Source: an uncultured Ruminococcus sp.
Lineage (GTDB): Bacteria; Bacillota; Clostridia; Oscillospirales; Acutalibacteraceae
Length of the DNA stretch: 64,000 bases
Assembly: GCA_902778175.1 (NCBI GenBank)
Contig: CACYWT010000005.1
Coordinates: 5,926-69,925 of the forward strand
Direction of reading: 5' to 3'
Shown: piece by piece, positions 55,276 to 64,000 of the stretch
Layout of the letters: the number at the start of each line of letters is the position of its first letter
Numbering within the stretch: position 1 is the first letter of the stretch
Notes under the pieces: generated by a model
What the model saw: the letters and a program-made list of their open reading frames with translations, nothing else
Database searches by the model: none
What the model was told of the DNA's origin: nothing
Position numbers and translations under genes: made by a program

Positions 55276-56169
55276 ATGAAAACAGGTAAGAAAAAAATAA
55301 TACCCGTTTTCATTATGGTATTTCTGTATATATTTGCAAATATCACATTAGCTGTAAATGCAGAACAACTCAAGGTCGGTTCTGTCAAAGGTTTGCCGGA
55401 GAAACTTGTTGTTCTGGACGATAACGGTCAGAGCGTCAGCGAAAACGGAGAATATTTCTTCTCCGTGGAAAATATGCAGGCTGCAACTACTTATTCCAAG
55501 AAGATACAGATAATGAATCTCAGGGAGGACGCCTCTTATATTATAACTCTTCGCGCACAGCCTCTTACCAATACCGGAGAGATCGACCTCGAAAACGAAT
55601 GTAAGTGTTCAATCTATCTTGACAATAAGATGGTTTACTATGGAAAGGTAAGCGGAGAGGGCGAGCCTGATATCAGGAATGACGCCGTAAGTCTTGGAAT
55701 TTATTCTCCCGGCGAGAGCCGTATAATGACCGTATATATCCGCTGGAACGGTACAGACGCAGGCGGCGAGATTGATAACGGCGCAAGAATAGTTGATCGC
55801 AACGGAACATCTGTCGTAAGAGAAAAAAGCGGTCAGTCGCAGATTTCCGGGGAAACTACCTTCAAATGGATATTCTACGCTGAAGTTAAGCACTCCGGTG
55901 CAGATGAAAGCAAAGGAACGATCAGTGAGATCAGCACTTATGAATCGGATATTCCCGGAAATACAAGTGATTCCGAATCCGGTGGGAGCGGCGAGGGCAC
56001 ATCAGAACGTCCTGATCCGACGGACCGCCATGATGATCCCAATAATCCCATAGCAACAGGCGAAACAATAGCATATGTTGCGATCGGCGTCATAATGACG
56101 GGAACACTTCTTCTTGCTGTCCTTGTTCTTGGCAGGAAAAAGAAGAAAGAAAAGAAGAAACAAAAGTGA
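55276..56169 (+). CDS. surface protein with beta-sandwich (TasA/camelysin-like?) domain and C-terminal sorting-signal-like anchor
   Basis: The ATG at 55276 lies 7 nt after RBS 'aaggagga'. A signal peptide is present. 'IMTVYIRWNGTDAGGEID' and 'TTFKWIFYAE' form strand patterns. The C-terminus is 'NPIATGE', a hydrophobic stretch, then 'GRKKKKEKKKQK'. Confidence 0.6.
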   Translation: MKTGKKKIIPVFIMVFLYIFANITLAVNAEQLKVGSVKGLPEKLVVLDDNGQSVSENGEYFFSVENMQAATTYSKKIQIMNLREDASYIITLRAQPLTNTGEIDLENECKCSIYLDNKMVYYGKVSGEGEPDIRNDAVSLGIYSPGESRIMTVYIRWNGTDAGGEIDNGARIVDRNGTSVVREKSGQSQISGETTFKWIFYAEVKHSGADESKGTISEISTYESDIPGNTSDSESGGSGEGTSERPDPTDRHDDPNNPIATGETIAYVAIGVIMTGTLLLAVLVLGRKKKKEKKKQK

Positions 56170-56174
56170 TACTA

Positions 56175-56205
56175 ACAGCCTTCTTGATCGAAGGCTGTTT
56201 TTTTG
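56175..56205 (+). terminator. intrinsic terminator
   Basis: Stem acagccttc/gaaggctgt followed by a T7 run. Confidence 0.8.
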
Positions 56206-56340
56206 TAATAAAACTGTGATTTTATGCATAATGTTAACAATATGTTCATATTTTTGGTTCGTATATATGATATAATCAAATGTATTGGTGTTTCTGTCTG
56301 ATGATCGGACGGAAATAATAAATTTTAAGGAGAAATTAAA

Positions 56341-57129
56341 ATGAGAAAAATGAAAAAAGCACTTGCATTTACCGCAGCTGTAACAATAGCTGCATGCTCA
56401 ATGGCAGCCTGCTCAAAGACTGAAACAAAGAAGATCGAAAAGACTGACGACCTTAAGGGCGCAAAGATCGGCGTTCAGCTCGGCACAACAGGCGCGATCT
56501 ATGCTAAAGATGTAGAGAATGCCGATGTTCAGGAATTCAATAAGGGCGCAGATGCAGTAATGGCTCTGACACAGGGCAAGGTTGACTGCGTAATTATCGA
56601 CGAACAGCCTGCGAAGGTATTTGTTTCCCAGAATAACGGACTTTCGATCCTCGGAGAAGAATTTGCTAATGAGGATTATGCAGCTGTTATCAAAAAGGAT
56701 AACACACAGCTTCTTGATGATGTAAACAAGGCTCTCAAAGAGCTTAAGGAGGACGGAACGCTTGATAAGATCATTTCCTCCTATATTCCTGCCGAGGGTG
56801 AGGAAAAGGGCAGCTATCATTATACTCAGACCGTAACAGACGGCGATAAGTTTGTAATGGCAACAAATGCTCAGTTCCCGCCTTATGAGTATTATGAATC
56901 AAATGAGATCATCGGTATTGATGTCGAGATCGGCAGAGCTATCGCAGACAAGCTCGGCAAGGTTCTTTCAATTGAGGATATGGAATTTGATTCAATTATC
57001 AATGCTGTAAGCGCAGGTAAGGCTGATATCGGTCTTGCAGGCTTTACTGTAACAGAGGACAGAAAGAAACAGATCAACTTCTCCGAAAGCTATACAAATT
57101 CTAAGCAGGTAATTATCATCAAGAAATAA
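56341..57129 (+). CDS. amino-acid ABC transporter substrate-binding lipoprotein (family 3), circularly permuted
   Basis: Lipobox 'IAAC/MAAC'. The C-terminal-half motifs of the family ('[14 protein letters not shown]', '[10 protein letters not shown]', 'YAAVIKKDN') come before the N-terminal-half motifs ('[11 protein letters not shown]', 'GIDVEIGRAIADKLG', '[18 protein letters not shown]'). Confidence 0.75.
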   Translation: MRKMKKALAFTAAVTIAACSMAACSKTETKKIEKTDDLKGAKIGVQLGTTGAIYAKDVENADVQEFNKGADAVMALTQGKVDCVIIDEQPAKVFVSQNNGLSILGEEFANEDYAAVIKKDNTQLLDDVNKALKELKEDGTLDKIISSYIPAEGEEKGSYHYTQTVTDGDKFVMATNAQFPPYEYYESNEIIGIDVEIGRAIADKLGKVLSIEDMEFDSIINAVSAGKADIGLAGFTVTEDRKKQINFSESYTNSKQVIIIKK

Positions 57130-57156
57130 TTCTGCTTATGGAGGCAGTACAAAGCT

Positions 57157-58752
57157 ATGAAGTTGATAAAAAAATGGGCAGCTTTTTTATTGATATCGGC
57201 TGTCCTGATGAGTATATTTACAATTTGCGTTTATGCATCTGAAAACGAAGATGTTTCCTCGGATAAGGAGGCGTCTTCCGCTCAGGTGGATTCCGTATCA
57301 GGTATAAAAACCGTAAACGATCTTACCGGCAAGCGCATAGGCGTACAGCTCGGAACTACGGGAGCCGTATACGCAAGAGATGTTGAAAATGCAGCAATAC
57401 AGGAATTCAATAAGGGCGCAGATGCAGTAATGGCTCTTACTCAGGATAAGGTGGACTGCGTTATCATAGATGAGCAGACTGCCAAAGCCTTTGTTGCCTC
57501 GAATAAAAAGGGACTTGCTATTATTGATGACCGTTTTACCGATGAGGAATATGCCGCTGTTATTTCAAAATCCAATAAAGAGCTTCTTGCATCTGTAAAT
57601 ACTGCGATCTCGGAATTGAAGAAAGACGGAACGCTTGATCAGATAATAAAAAGCTATATCCCTGAAAAAGAGAGCGATCGCGGAAATTTCCATTATAAGC
57701 AGGTCGTAACACATGGTAAAGTGCTTCGCATGGCAACAAATGCCCAGTTTCCGCCTTATGAATACTACGAATCGAATAAGATCGTCGGTATTGATGCGGA
57801 GATAGGCAAAGCTATTGCCGATAAGCTTGGCATGGTACTTAAAATAGAGGATATGGAATTTGATTCCATTATCGCTGCTGTCAAGTCAGGCAAGTCCGAT
57901 ATCGGTCTTGCAGGCTTTACCGTTACCGAGGACAGAAAAAAGGAGATCGATTTCTCCGATAGCTATGCAAGATCAAGTCAGGTAATAATAGTTCATGTAA
58001 AGTCGTCAGCAGAAAGCGCTGCGGCTTCCTCGTCGGTTTCTGACAGCGGAGATGACGAAGGCGAGCCGACTTTCATTGACAGGCTTTACACCAATTTCAT
58101 CAAAGATGACAGATGGCGTTATCTTGTTTCGGGTCTTGAAAATACACTGATAATTACTGTTTTTGCAATGCTTATCGGACTTGTTCTTGGTTTTATCCTT
58201 GCAGTCATACGCGTTGCACATGACAAGAACGGTTCACTTCCGGTCATGAATGTAATAGCAAAGCTGTATGTTACCGTCATCAGGGGAACGCCTGTAATGG
58301 TACAGCTTCTTATAATCTATTATGTAATTTTTGCATCGGTAGATATCAACAAGATACTTGTTGCAATAATCGCCTTTGGTTTTAACTCTGCGGCATATGT
58401 TTCAGAGGTTGTCCGTTCCGGAATAATGTCGATTGATAACGGTCAGTTTGAGGCAGGAAAAAGCCTCGGTCTGCGTTTTTCGACAACAATGATCCATGTT
58501 ATTCTTCCGCAGGCGTTCAAAAATATCCTTCCCGCACTTGGAAATGAACTTATTTCCCTGCTGAAGGAAACATCAATTTCCGGTTATATCGGACTTATCG
58601 ACCTTACACGCGGCGGAGATATTATCCGTAGCCTGACATATGAGGCATTTATTCCCCTCATTGCCGTTGCGCTTATCTATCTGATAATAGTAGTTGCGCT
58701 TTCGGCAGGCGTATCCCGTCTTGAGAGGAGGCTGAAAAAGAATGAGCGGTAA
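57157..58752 (+). CDS. fusion of a second permuted substrate-binding domain to an amino-acid ABC permease (His/Glu/Gln/Arg/opine family)
   Basis: Residues ~40-280 are paralogous to the 56341 product, with identical nucleotide runs (for example 56531-56568 versus 57401-57438). A Ser-rich linker follows, then a 5-TM permease with an 'EAGKSLGL' EAA-loop region. Confidence 0.8.
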   Translation: MKLIKKWAAFLLISAVLMSIFTICVYASENEDVSSDKEASSAQVDSVSGIKTVNDLTGKRIGVQLGTTGAVYARDVENAAIQEFNKGADAVMALTQDKVDCVIIDEQTAKAFVASNKKGLAIIDDRFTDEEYAAVISKSNKELLASVNTAISELKKDGTLDQIIKSYIPEKESDRGNFHYKQVVTHGKVLRMATNAQFPPYEYYESNKIVGIDAEIGKAIADKLGMVLKIEDMEFDSIIAAVKSGKSDIGLAGFTVTEDRKKEIDFSDSYARSSQVIIVHVKSSAESAAASSSVSDSGDDEGEPTFIDRLYTNFIKDDRWRYLVSGLENTLIITVFAMLIGLVLGFILAVIRVAHDKNGSLPVMNVIAKLYVTVIRGTPVMVQLLIIYYVIFASVDINKILVAIIAFGFNSAAYVSEVVRSGIMSIDNGQFEAGKSLGLRFSTTMIHVILPQAFKNILPALGNELISLLKETSISGYIGLIDLTRGGDIIRSLTYEAFIPLIAVALIYLIIVVALSAGVSRLERRLKKNER

Positions 58753-59563
58753 ATCAGAAAAAGTTGAGCTTGAAAAGAAGGAAGAAGCTTCCGCTAAAGC
58801 TGATATTTCCGGAAAGGAAAGCAGTGAAAAGGGAGAGATACTGATAAAGGTAGAGGATCTTTGCAAATCCTTCGGGGACAATGTGGTTCTTGACGGGATC
58901 AATATTGAGATCCGCAAGGGTGAGGTCATATCCGTTATCGGTCCGTCCGGCTGCGGCAAATCGACCTTTATACGCTCGCTCAATCTTCTTGAAGAGCCTA
59001 CCGGCGGCAGGATATTTTTTGAAGGTCAGGATATTACCGAGCGCGGCACAGACCGCCGCCTCGTAAGAGAAAAGATAGGAATGGTATTTCAGCAGTTCAA
59101 TCTTTTCGACAATATGACGGTAAAGAAAAATATCATGCTTGCGCCCGTCAAGCTGAAGCTTATGACAAAAGAAGAGGCAGAGGAAAAGGCAATGGAGCTT
59201 CTGACAAGAGTAGGACTTGCCGAGCATGCTGATAAATACCCGTCACAGCTTTCCGGCGGACAAAAACAGCGTGTTGCGATCGCCCGTTCTCTTGCAATGA
59301 ATCCCGATGTAATGCTTTTTGACGAGCCGACCTCCGCGCTTGACCCGGAAATGGTAAACGAGGTTCTTACAATTATGAACCAGCTTGCGCAGGCTGGCAT
59401 GACAATGGTAGTCGTTACTCATGAGATGGGCTTTGCAAGGGGAGTATCTTCACGAGTAATATTCATTGACGGCGGCAATATCCGTGAGGACAGCACTCCG
59501 GAAGAGATATTTACGAATCCGAAAAATGAAAGGCTTCGTGATTTTCTCGGAAAAATTTTGTGA
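58742..59563 (+). CDS. amino-acid ABC transporter ATP-binding protein with ~35-aa charged N-extension
   Basis: Walker A 'GPSGCGKST', signature '[15 protein letters not shown]' and Walker B '[12 protein letters not shown]'. The start overlaps the permease stop by 11 nt. Confidence 0.85.
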   Translation: MSGKSEKVELEKKEEASAKADISGKESSEKGEILIKVEDLCKSFGDNVVLDGINIEIRKGEVISVIGPSGCGKSTFIRSLNLLEEPTGGRIFFEGQDITERGTDRRLVREKIGMVFQQFNLFDNMTVKKNIMLAPVKLKLMTKEEAEEKAMELLTRVGLAEHADKYPSQLSGGQKQRVAIARSLAMNPDVMLFDEPTSALDPEMVNEVLTIMNQLAQAGMTMVVVTHEMGFARGVSSRVIFIDGGNIREDSTPEEIFTNPKNERLRDFLGKIL

Positions 59564-59871
59564 TACGTTCATAGAACTTTTTGTCAATGACAATACGTTC
59601 GGATATATTGATATTTTAATAACTGAACGCTATAATATGATTATCCGATATCTGTAAAGATATTTTTTAAATCCCCTGAATATCGTCCGGCTTTGTGCCG
59701 GGCAATATTCTTTTTTTGATTTATTAACAATTTGTTAATAAAATATTAACTGCAATGAAAAGATATCAGCAGTATGAATATGATATAATTAACTATAAAT
59801 GGATTATTATGTTCATTTTTTGTATTCGTTTTACCGAAAGGCTAAGTATTAATTTAAAGGAGGAAAATTCA

Positions 59872-62800
59872 ATGAGTAAATTGATTAAAAAAGTATTATC
59901 TGTTTCGCTTTGCGCAGCAATGCTTACAGGTACAGCAGCTCTTGGCAGTTTGTCCGTAAGTGCGACTAACGGCCCGATGAAACCGTTTGAGAAGGTAGAG
60001 GTTTACGATGACGGTGAGGAAACCTATCATATCGGCGGAGGATCGATCGCATTTTATCCGCTTAACGAGAATGGCTATTATAAATGGAACTGGATGTCAT
60101 TCACCACTGAGGTAAATTATCTTTATGACGAAGGAAAAGTTTATAACAGCGAAAAACCGTATGAAGACAAATACATTGAATCCATGTATTACGGCGGAAT
60201 AAAGGGTGCATATTATGATCTCGCATCAAATACTCTTTATCTTCGCAATGTCGATCAGCCATTGATGGGTCTTGAAATTACAGCAATGGGCAAGGATTTC
60301 AAGATAAATGTTGCAGGAGAGTGTAAGCTTGCGTTCATCATGCTCAACGGATATTATGAAAATGATCCGGAATGTGCAGGTCTGACGATCACAGGAAACG
60401 GTGTTCTTACGCTGGATACTTCAAACTTCGGTTCAACATATAATCCGATATCTGCATATGTAAGCGCTGGCGAAAATGGTCTGTATGATGTTGACAGCGA
60501 TGTCAGGATCAGATTTGACAAGAATGTTTCTCTGAACATTCGCGGCAAAGACGGAAGAAAACTCGTTTCAATAGAAGGAACTACCTGCAATGATCCCAAG
60601 CTTGCGATAGAAGCAGGTAACGGACAGAATATCAATGTAGAATCCGAAAATGTCAGCTATGAAGAAAGCCTTGATAAGACAGGCGTTTATATGACTTATG
60701 GCGGCACATATGTATATGATTACATCGCTTCAAAAAAGTCCGACCCCAACGGTATATATTCCGTTTATTCAAATAATTGGAATGATTCCCGTGAAGAAGA
60801 TGAAGCAATTTTTTATCAGCCAAGAAAATATAAATACATTCAGCGTTTTGATGCATATATACAGGATGATTCCTTTGAATCGGAAAAAATGACTCCCAAG
60901 GAATTTGCTGCAGCCGATTATACGATCCAGACGATAAACACTCCTGAGATCGTAAATTATAATTCAGAGGAAGAGCCTCAGGCAAACTGGCGTTATGTGG
61001 GTTACAGAGTTACTAATGACGAAGATGTTGATTCGGATTATATTTATGTTACCGGAACATATGCATACGGAAAAACTGAATCCGAAAAGCACACAAATTA
61101 CAGTGTATATGAGCTTAATTATGATCCTGAAAACGATTCCTATTCAAGAGCGTCCGAGGATGCTGTTTTTACACTTAACGACGAGACCTTTGAGCAGGGC
61201 GGTTTCAGTATGATAATGGAGGAAGGCTCAGATATCAAAGCAAAAGAGGTCAGGATCCCTGTTCCTGATGAGCCGAACACATATTATGTATATGATCTTA
61301 TCAACAATCCCGATGATCCCAATGGTATCTACGGTATAGCCAGCAGTTTCTACAAGCCATTTGATCCCACGGCAAATATTTACATTAAACGCGTCAGATA
61401 TAATGATGAATATGAAAGATATATAGAGGATGAGGATTTCTCCGAAAGCATGCTTGTATCTGAATTTTTACAGTCAAAATATAAGTATGTATATATAGAC
61501 GAGCCGGTCGGAATGCAGGCGTATAATACATTCTATGCAAATGATGTATATAAAGACGTCAATGGCAATAAGTATCTCTATTATAAGAGTTGGGACAAGG
61601 ATTATGTATTCACATACTCAGAAGATGATCTTGTTGAATTGGATCGTGGACGTGTTTACTATGCGCTTACTCCGATCGACGACATATCAGCCGATCAGCT
61701 AACAGAATCAATTATTGTAAGAGATGATCTGTTTAATTATCGTATTTCGGGAACAGAACTGAAATACGGCAGCGGCACCGCAGGTTTTGCAAATACATCA
61801 TATCTCAGCACATATGAAACAGTTGTCGGCAATAATGTTACTCTGAATGCTGCTTCAGTCGGCGGCACAGGCGACAAGACATATGCTCTCATGTACAGAA
61901 AGAGCGGAGAAACGACATTTAAAAAGATCGGTACAAAATACGGCACTGCTTCAACAGGCAGCTTCAAACCCGACAGTACCGGCACATATGAAGTAATGAT
62001 CAATGTCAAGGACAGCACAGGCAAGATAGTATCGGCATCATTTAACGTAGATGTTGTTTCTGAATTGAAAAATACTTCTACCATAAATACAGATGAGATA
62101 ATTGTCGGTCAGGAAGTTAAGCTTGCCGGTAACGCCGAAGGCGGTCTTGCACCTTACAAATTCATATTCTATTATAAGAAGAGTAAGAATACAGACTGGA
62201 TCGCAATTAAGGATAACGCGATCGAAGATGATGTAGCGACATTTGTTCCCTCGTCAAAGGTAGCATATGATTTCAAGGTCGTCGCAATTGACAGGGACGG
62301 AAGACAAGATGAAACCGTATTCAAGGCAGAACCTGCCGGTCCTCTCCAGAATCTGTCCACGATCAGTTCGGAGAATATATCCCTTGGTGAATCTGTCTAT
62401 ATCCATGCTCAGGCAAAGGGCGGCGCAGGCGGATATACCTATGCGCTTCTCTATAAGAAGAGTTCTTCATCAACATGGCTCAAGATCGGCACAAAATACG
62501 GAACAAATCCTGACGGCAGCTTCAAGCCGGGCAAGGCAGTTCCTTATGACGTAATGGTAAATATCAAAGACAGCAAGGGTACGGTTAAATCAAAGACTTT
62601 CAAGGTAACTGTTTCAAATGCTCTTGTAAATAAATCCACGATCAACGCACAGAGCGTCAAGGTAGGGGAAAAGGTTGTAATGAAGGGTGTTGCAACAGGC
62701 GGCTCAGGGCCATACACATATTCCTTCTTCTACAAAAAGAGCAAGAATTCAACATGGGTCACGATAAGTGAAGATACAGCAAAATACGGTTCGTTCAAGC

Positions 62801-62895
62801 CCACAGCCGCTACAGAATATGATGCGAAGGTAGTTGCTAAGGACAGCACGGGCAAAACGGTCGAAAAGAACTTTAAGGTTACGGTTACGAAATAA
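59872..62895 (+). CDS. secreted protein: ~640-aa unassigned N-region plus four Ig-like (Y_Y_Y-type) repeats
   Basis: The ATG at 59872 lies 8 nt after RBS 'aaaggagg'. Signal peptide 'SLCAAMLTGTAALGSLSVSA'. The upstream extension to 59755 lacks an RBS. Confidence 0.75.
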   Translation: MSKLIKKVLSVSLCAAMLTGTAALGSLSVSATNGPMKPFEKVEVYDDGEETYHIGGGSIAFYPLNENGYYKWNWMSFTTEVNYLYDEGKVYNSEKPYEDKYIESMYYGGIKGAYYDLASNTLYLRNVDQPLMGLEITAMGKDFKINVAGECKLAFIMLNGYYENDPECAGLTITGNGVLTLDTSNFGSTYNPISAYVSAGENGLYDVDSDVRIRFDKNVSLNIRGKDGRKLVSIEGTTCNDPKLAIEAGNGQNINVESENVSYEESLDKTGVYMTYGGTYVYDYIASKKSDPNGIYSVYSNNWNDSREEDEAIFYQPRKYKYIQRFDAYIQDDSFESEKMTPKEFAAADYTIQTINTPEIVNYNSEEEPQANWRYVGYRVTNDEDVDSDYIYVTGTYAYGKTESEKHTNYSVYELNYDPENDSYSRASEDAVFTLNDETFEQGGFSMIMEEGSDIKAKEVRIPVPDEPNTYYVYDLINNPDDPNGIYGIASSFYKPFDPTANIYIKRVRYNDEYERYIEDEDFSESMLVSEFLQSKYKYVYIDEPVGMQAYNTFYANDVYKDVNGNKYLYYKSWDKDYVFTYSEDDLVELDRGRVYYALTPIDDISADQLTESIIVRDDLFNYRISGTELKYGSGTAGFANTSYLSTYETVVGNNVTLNAASVGGTGDKTYALMYRKSGETTFKKIGTKYGTASTGSFKPDSTGTYEVMINVKDSTGKIVSASFNVDVVSELKNTSTINTDEIIVGQEVKLAGNAEGGLAPYKFIFYYKKSKNTDWIAIKDNAIEDDVATFVPSSKVAYDFKVVAIDRDGRQDETVFKAEPAGPLQNLSTISSENISLGESVYIHAQAKGGAGGYTYALLYKKSSSSTWLKIGTKYGTNPDGSFKPGKAVPYDVMVNIKDSKGTVKSKTFKVTVSNALVNKSTINAQSVKVGEKVVMKGVATGGSGPYTYSFFYKKSKNSTWVTISEDTAKYGSFKPTAATEYDAKVVAKDSTGKTVEKNFKVTVTK
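61792..62892 (+). repeat. four tandem 279-nt (93-aa) Ig-like repeats
   Basis: Units start at 61792, 62071, 62350 and 62629. Shared pattern: 'N.S(T/Y)I......G..V.....A.GG.G.Y.Y...YKKS....W..I......G.FKP.....Y...V..KD..G......F.V'. Confidence 0.85.
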
Positions 62896-62950
62896 ATAAT
62901 AGGTTCAAAAATATAATGATCTGTTAATCATTTAATAATGCAATAATCGG

Positions 62951-62979
62951 ATACTCCCGGAAAACATCTCCGGGAGTAT
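62951..62979 (+). terminator. possible terminator
   Basis: 11-bp stem atactcccgga/tccgggagtat. The downstream U-tract is weak. Confidence 0.45.
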
Positions 62980-63005
62980 TCAGAATAATAAGGATGTGAT
63001 CTGAT

Positions 63006-64000
63006 ATGAAATTGAGAAAAATACTTACAGTTATGCTTGTTGCGGCAGCGTTTGCACCGGCAGCCTTTGCATTGAACGTGAATGCGGCAGAACAGGGCGA
63101 TCCGGTTTCTATTATTGAAATACTATACGGTGAAAACGGACAGGAAATAAAAACAATAGTTTTTGATACCGACAAAGAGATAACAGGCTACGGTGTGGTT
63201 TCCGTTTCAATTCCGATTGATCTCAACGGGTACAAAATTATTGTTGACGGCGACCTTGTACAGAGTGCCGATATCAATGTTGGCAGCGGCGAGCTGATCG
63301 TCACAGGTAATTATTACCAGAAAGGCGGATCTCTTTCCTTTGGTGAAGGCGGAAAGCTTACCGTACAGGGCAATTTTTCTCATACAAAAGCCGTAAATGT
63401 CAGCGGCGGTACAATGAAGGTTGATGGTGAGTATTACCAGTCAAACGGTAAGCTGACAATAGGCAGCGGTACTCTGACTGTCGGCGGAGATTATCTCAAT
63501 GCCTATAAAAATTCAACCAATGAAGACGGCAGCATCAATTATACAGGTTCCTACGGCATACTGAATATGACAGATGACGATGGTTATTTCTGTGTCGGAG
63601 GCAATGTTCTTTTTTACAGTGTGCAGAATAATTCCGAAACAAGTAACTGCATTACCGCAGGTACGCTTGAGCTTAAAGGCGATTTTAAGCAGGGACAGGC
63701 ATCAAACTGCTTTGATGCAAAGGGTACTCACAAGCTTATCCTTTCGGGAACAAAAAAGCAGACTATTGTATTTACTGGAACGGGCAATTCCGGTTTCAAT
63801 ATCCTGCAAGCCACCCCGAATACCGATACTGATATCAAGGGACGCATCAGCACTGTCAGCGGCAATGTCACGGTTGGAAAATTCGAGCAGTACCAGACGC
63901 TTGATCTTAACGGTAATACCCTTAATGTTACGGGAGATATGGATTCTCACGGAACAGTATCGCTTAACAAAGGTAATCTGAATGTCGGCGGAGATTTTGT
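63006..64000 (+). CDS. secreted repeat protein (beta-helix-like G-x-L-x-V-x-G-(D/N) repeats), 3' end beyond window
   Basis: My own translation from ATG 63006 gives 'MKLRKILTVMLVAAAFAPAAFALNVNAAEQG...'. The frame stays open to the window end, which is why it is absent from the ORF track. Repeats include 'GELIVTGNYYQ', 'GKLTVQGNF', 'GTMKVDGEYYQ', 'GTLTVGGDY' and 'GNLNVGGDF'. Confidence 0.6.
   Translation, partial: MKLRKILTVMLVAAAFAPAAFALNVNAAEQGDPVSIIEILYGENGQEIKTIVFDTDKEITGYGVVSVSIPIDLNGYKIIVDGDLVQSADINVGSGELIVTGNYYQKGGSLSFGEGGKLTVQGNFSHTKAVNVSGGTMKVDGEYYQSNGKLTIGSGTLTVGGDYLNAYKNSTNEDGSINYTGSYGILNMTDDDGYFCVGGNVLFYSVQNNSETSNCITAGTLELKGDFKQGQASNCFDAKGTHKLILSGTKKQTIVFTGTGNSGFNILQATPNTDTDIKGRISTVSGNVTVGKFEQYQTLDLNGNTLNVTGDMDSHGTVSLNKGNLNVGGDF

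Noticed and set aside
59755-59871. Upstream ATG 59755 as the start of the 1,046-aa ORF
   Set aside because: The extra 39 aa have no signal-peptide character and no RBS. ATG 59872 follows 'aaaggagg' and begins a classic signal peptide.

Overview
This 64-kb window appears to come from a low-GC Firmicute chromosome. The protein families suggest a gut or rumen Clostridia (Ruminococcus-like), but that is inference only.

Layout:
- (1) 1-4.9 kb: fructose PTS operon fruK-fruA-ptsH-ptsI.
- (2) 4.9-6.3 kb: a membrane GGDEF cyclase on the minus strand.
- (3) 6.9-17.7 kb: a galactoside/Leloir cluster with GH2 beta-galactosidase, an unassigned GT-B-like protein, a GPH symporter, GH36 alpha-galactosidase, galK, galT and a beta-carbonic anhydrase.
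- (4) 18-23.6 kb: three consecutive c-di-GMP signalling genes.
- (5) 23.6-33.1 kb: the most unusual part, described below.
- (6) 33.2-34.1 kb: a PIN-toxin cassette with two related antitoxin-like genes.
- (7) 34.6-55.0 kb: a single 6,829-aa Cna-B-type repeat adhesin, followed by a small membrane-anchored surface protein.
- (8) 56.3-59.6 kb: an amino-acid ABC transporter whose two substrate-binding domains are circularly permuted.
- (9) 59.9-64 kb: two further secreted repeat proteins.

The unusual locus (5) is a minus-strand operon. It encodes a degenerate EAL protein, a TasA-like signal-anchored protein, a SipW-type signal peptidase and a transmembrane McrB-like AAA+ NTPase. It also encodes a 1,016-aa fusion of a McrC/DUF2357-like domain, an E/R/K helix and a second SipW-type peptidase, followed by two small proteins. 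A TasA-like protein with a SipW-cognate signal peptide is transcribed divergently from a consensus promoter.

I found no rRNA, tRNA, CRISPR array, transposase or integrase. All domain calls rest on motif recognition by eye; no searches were run.
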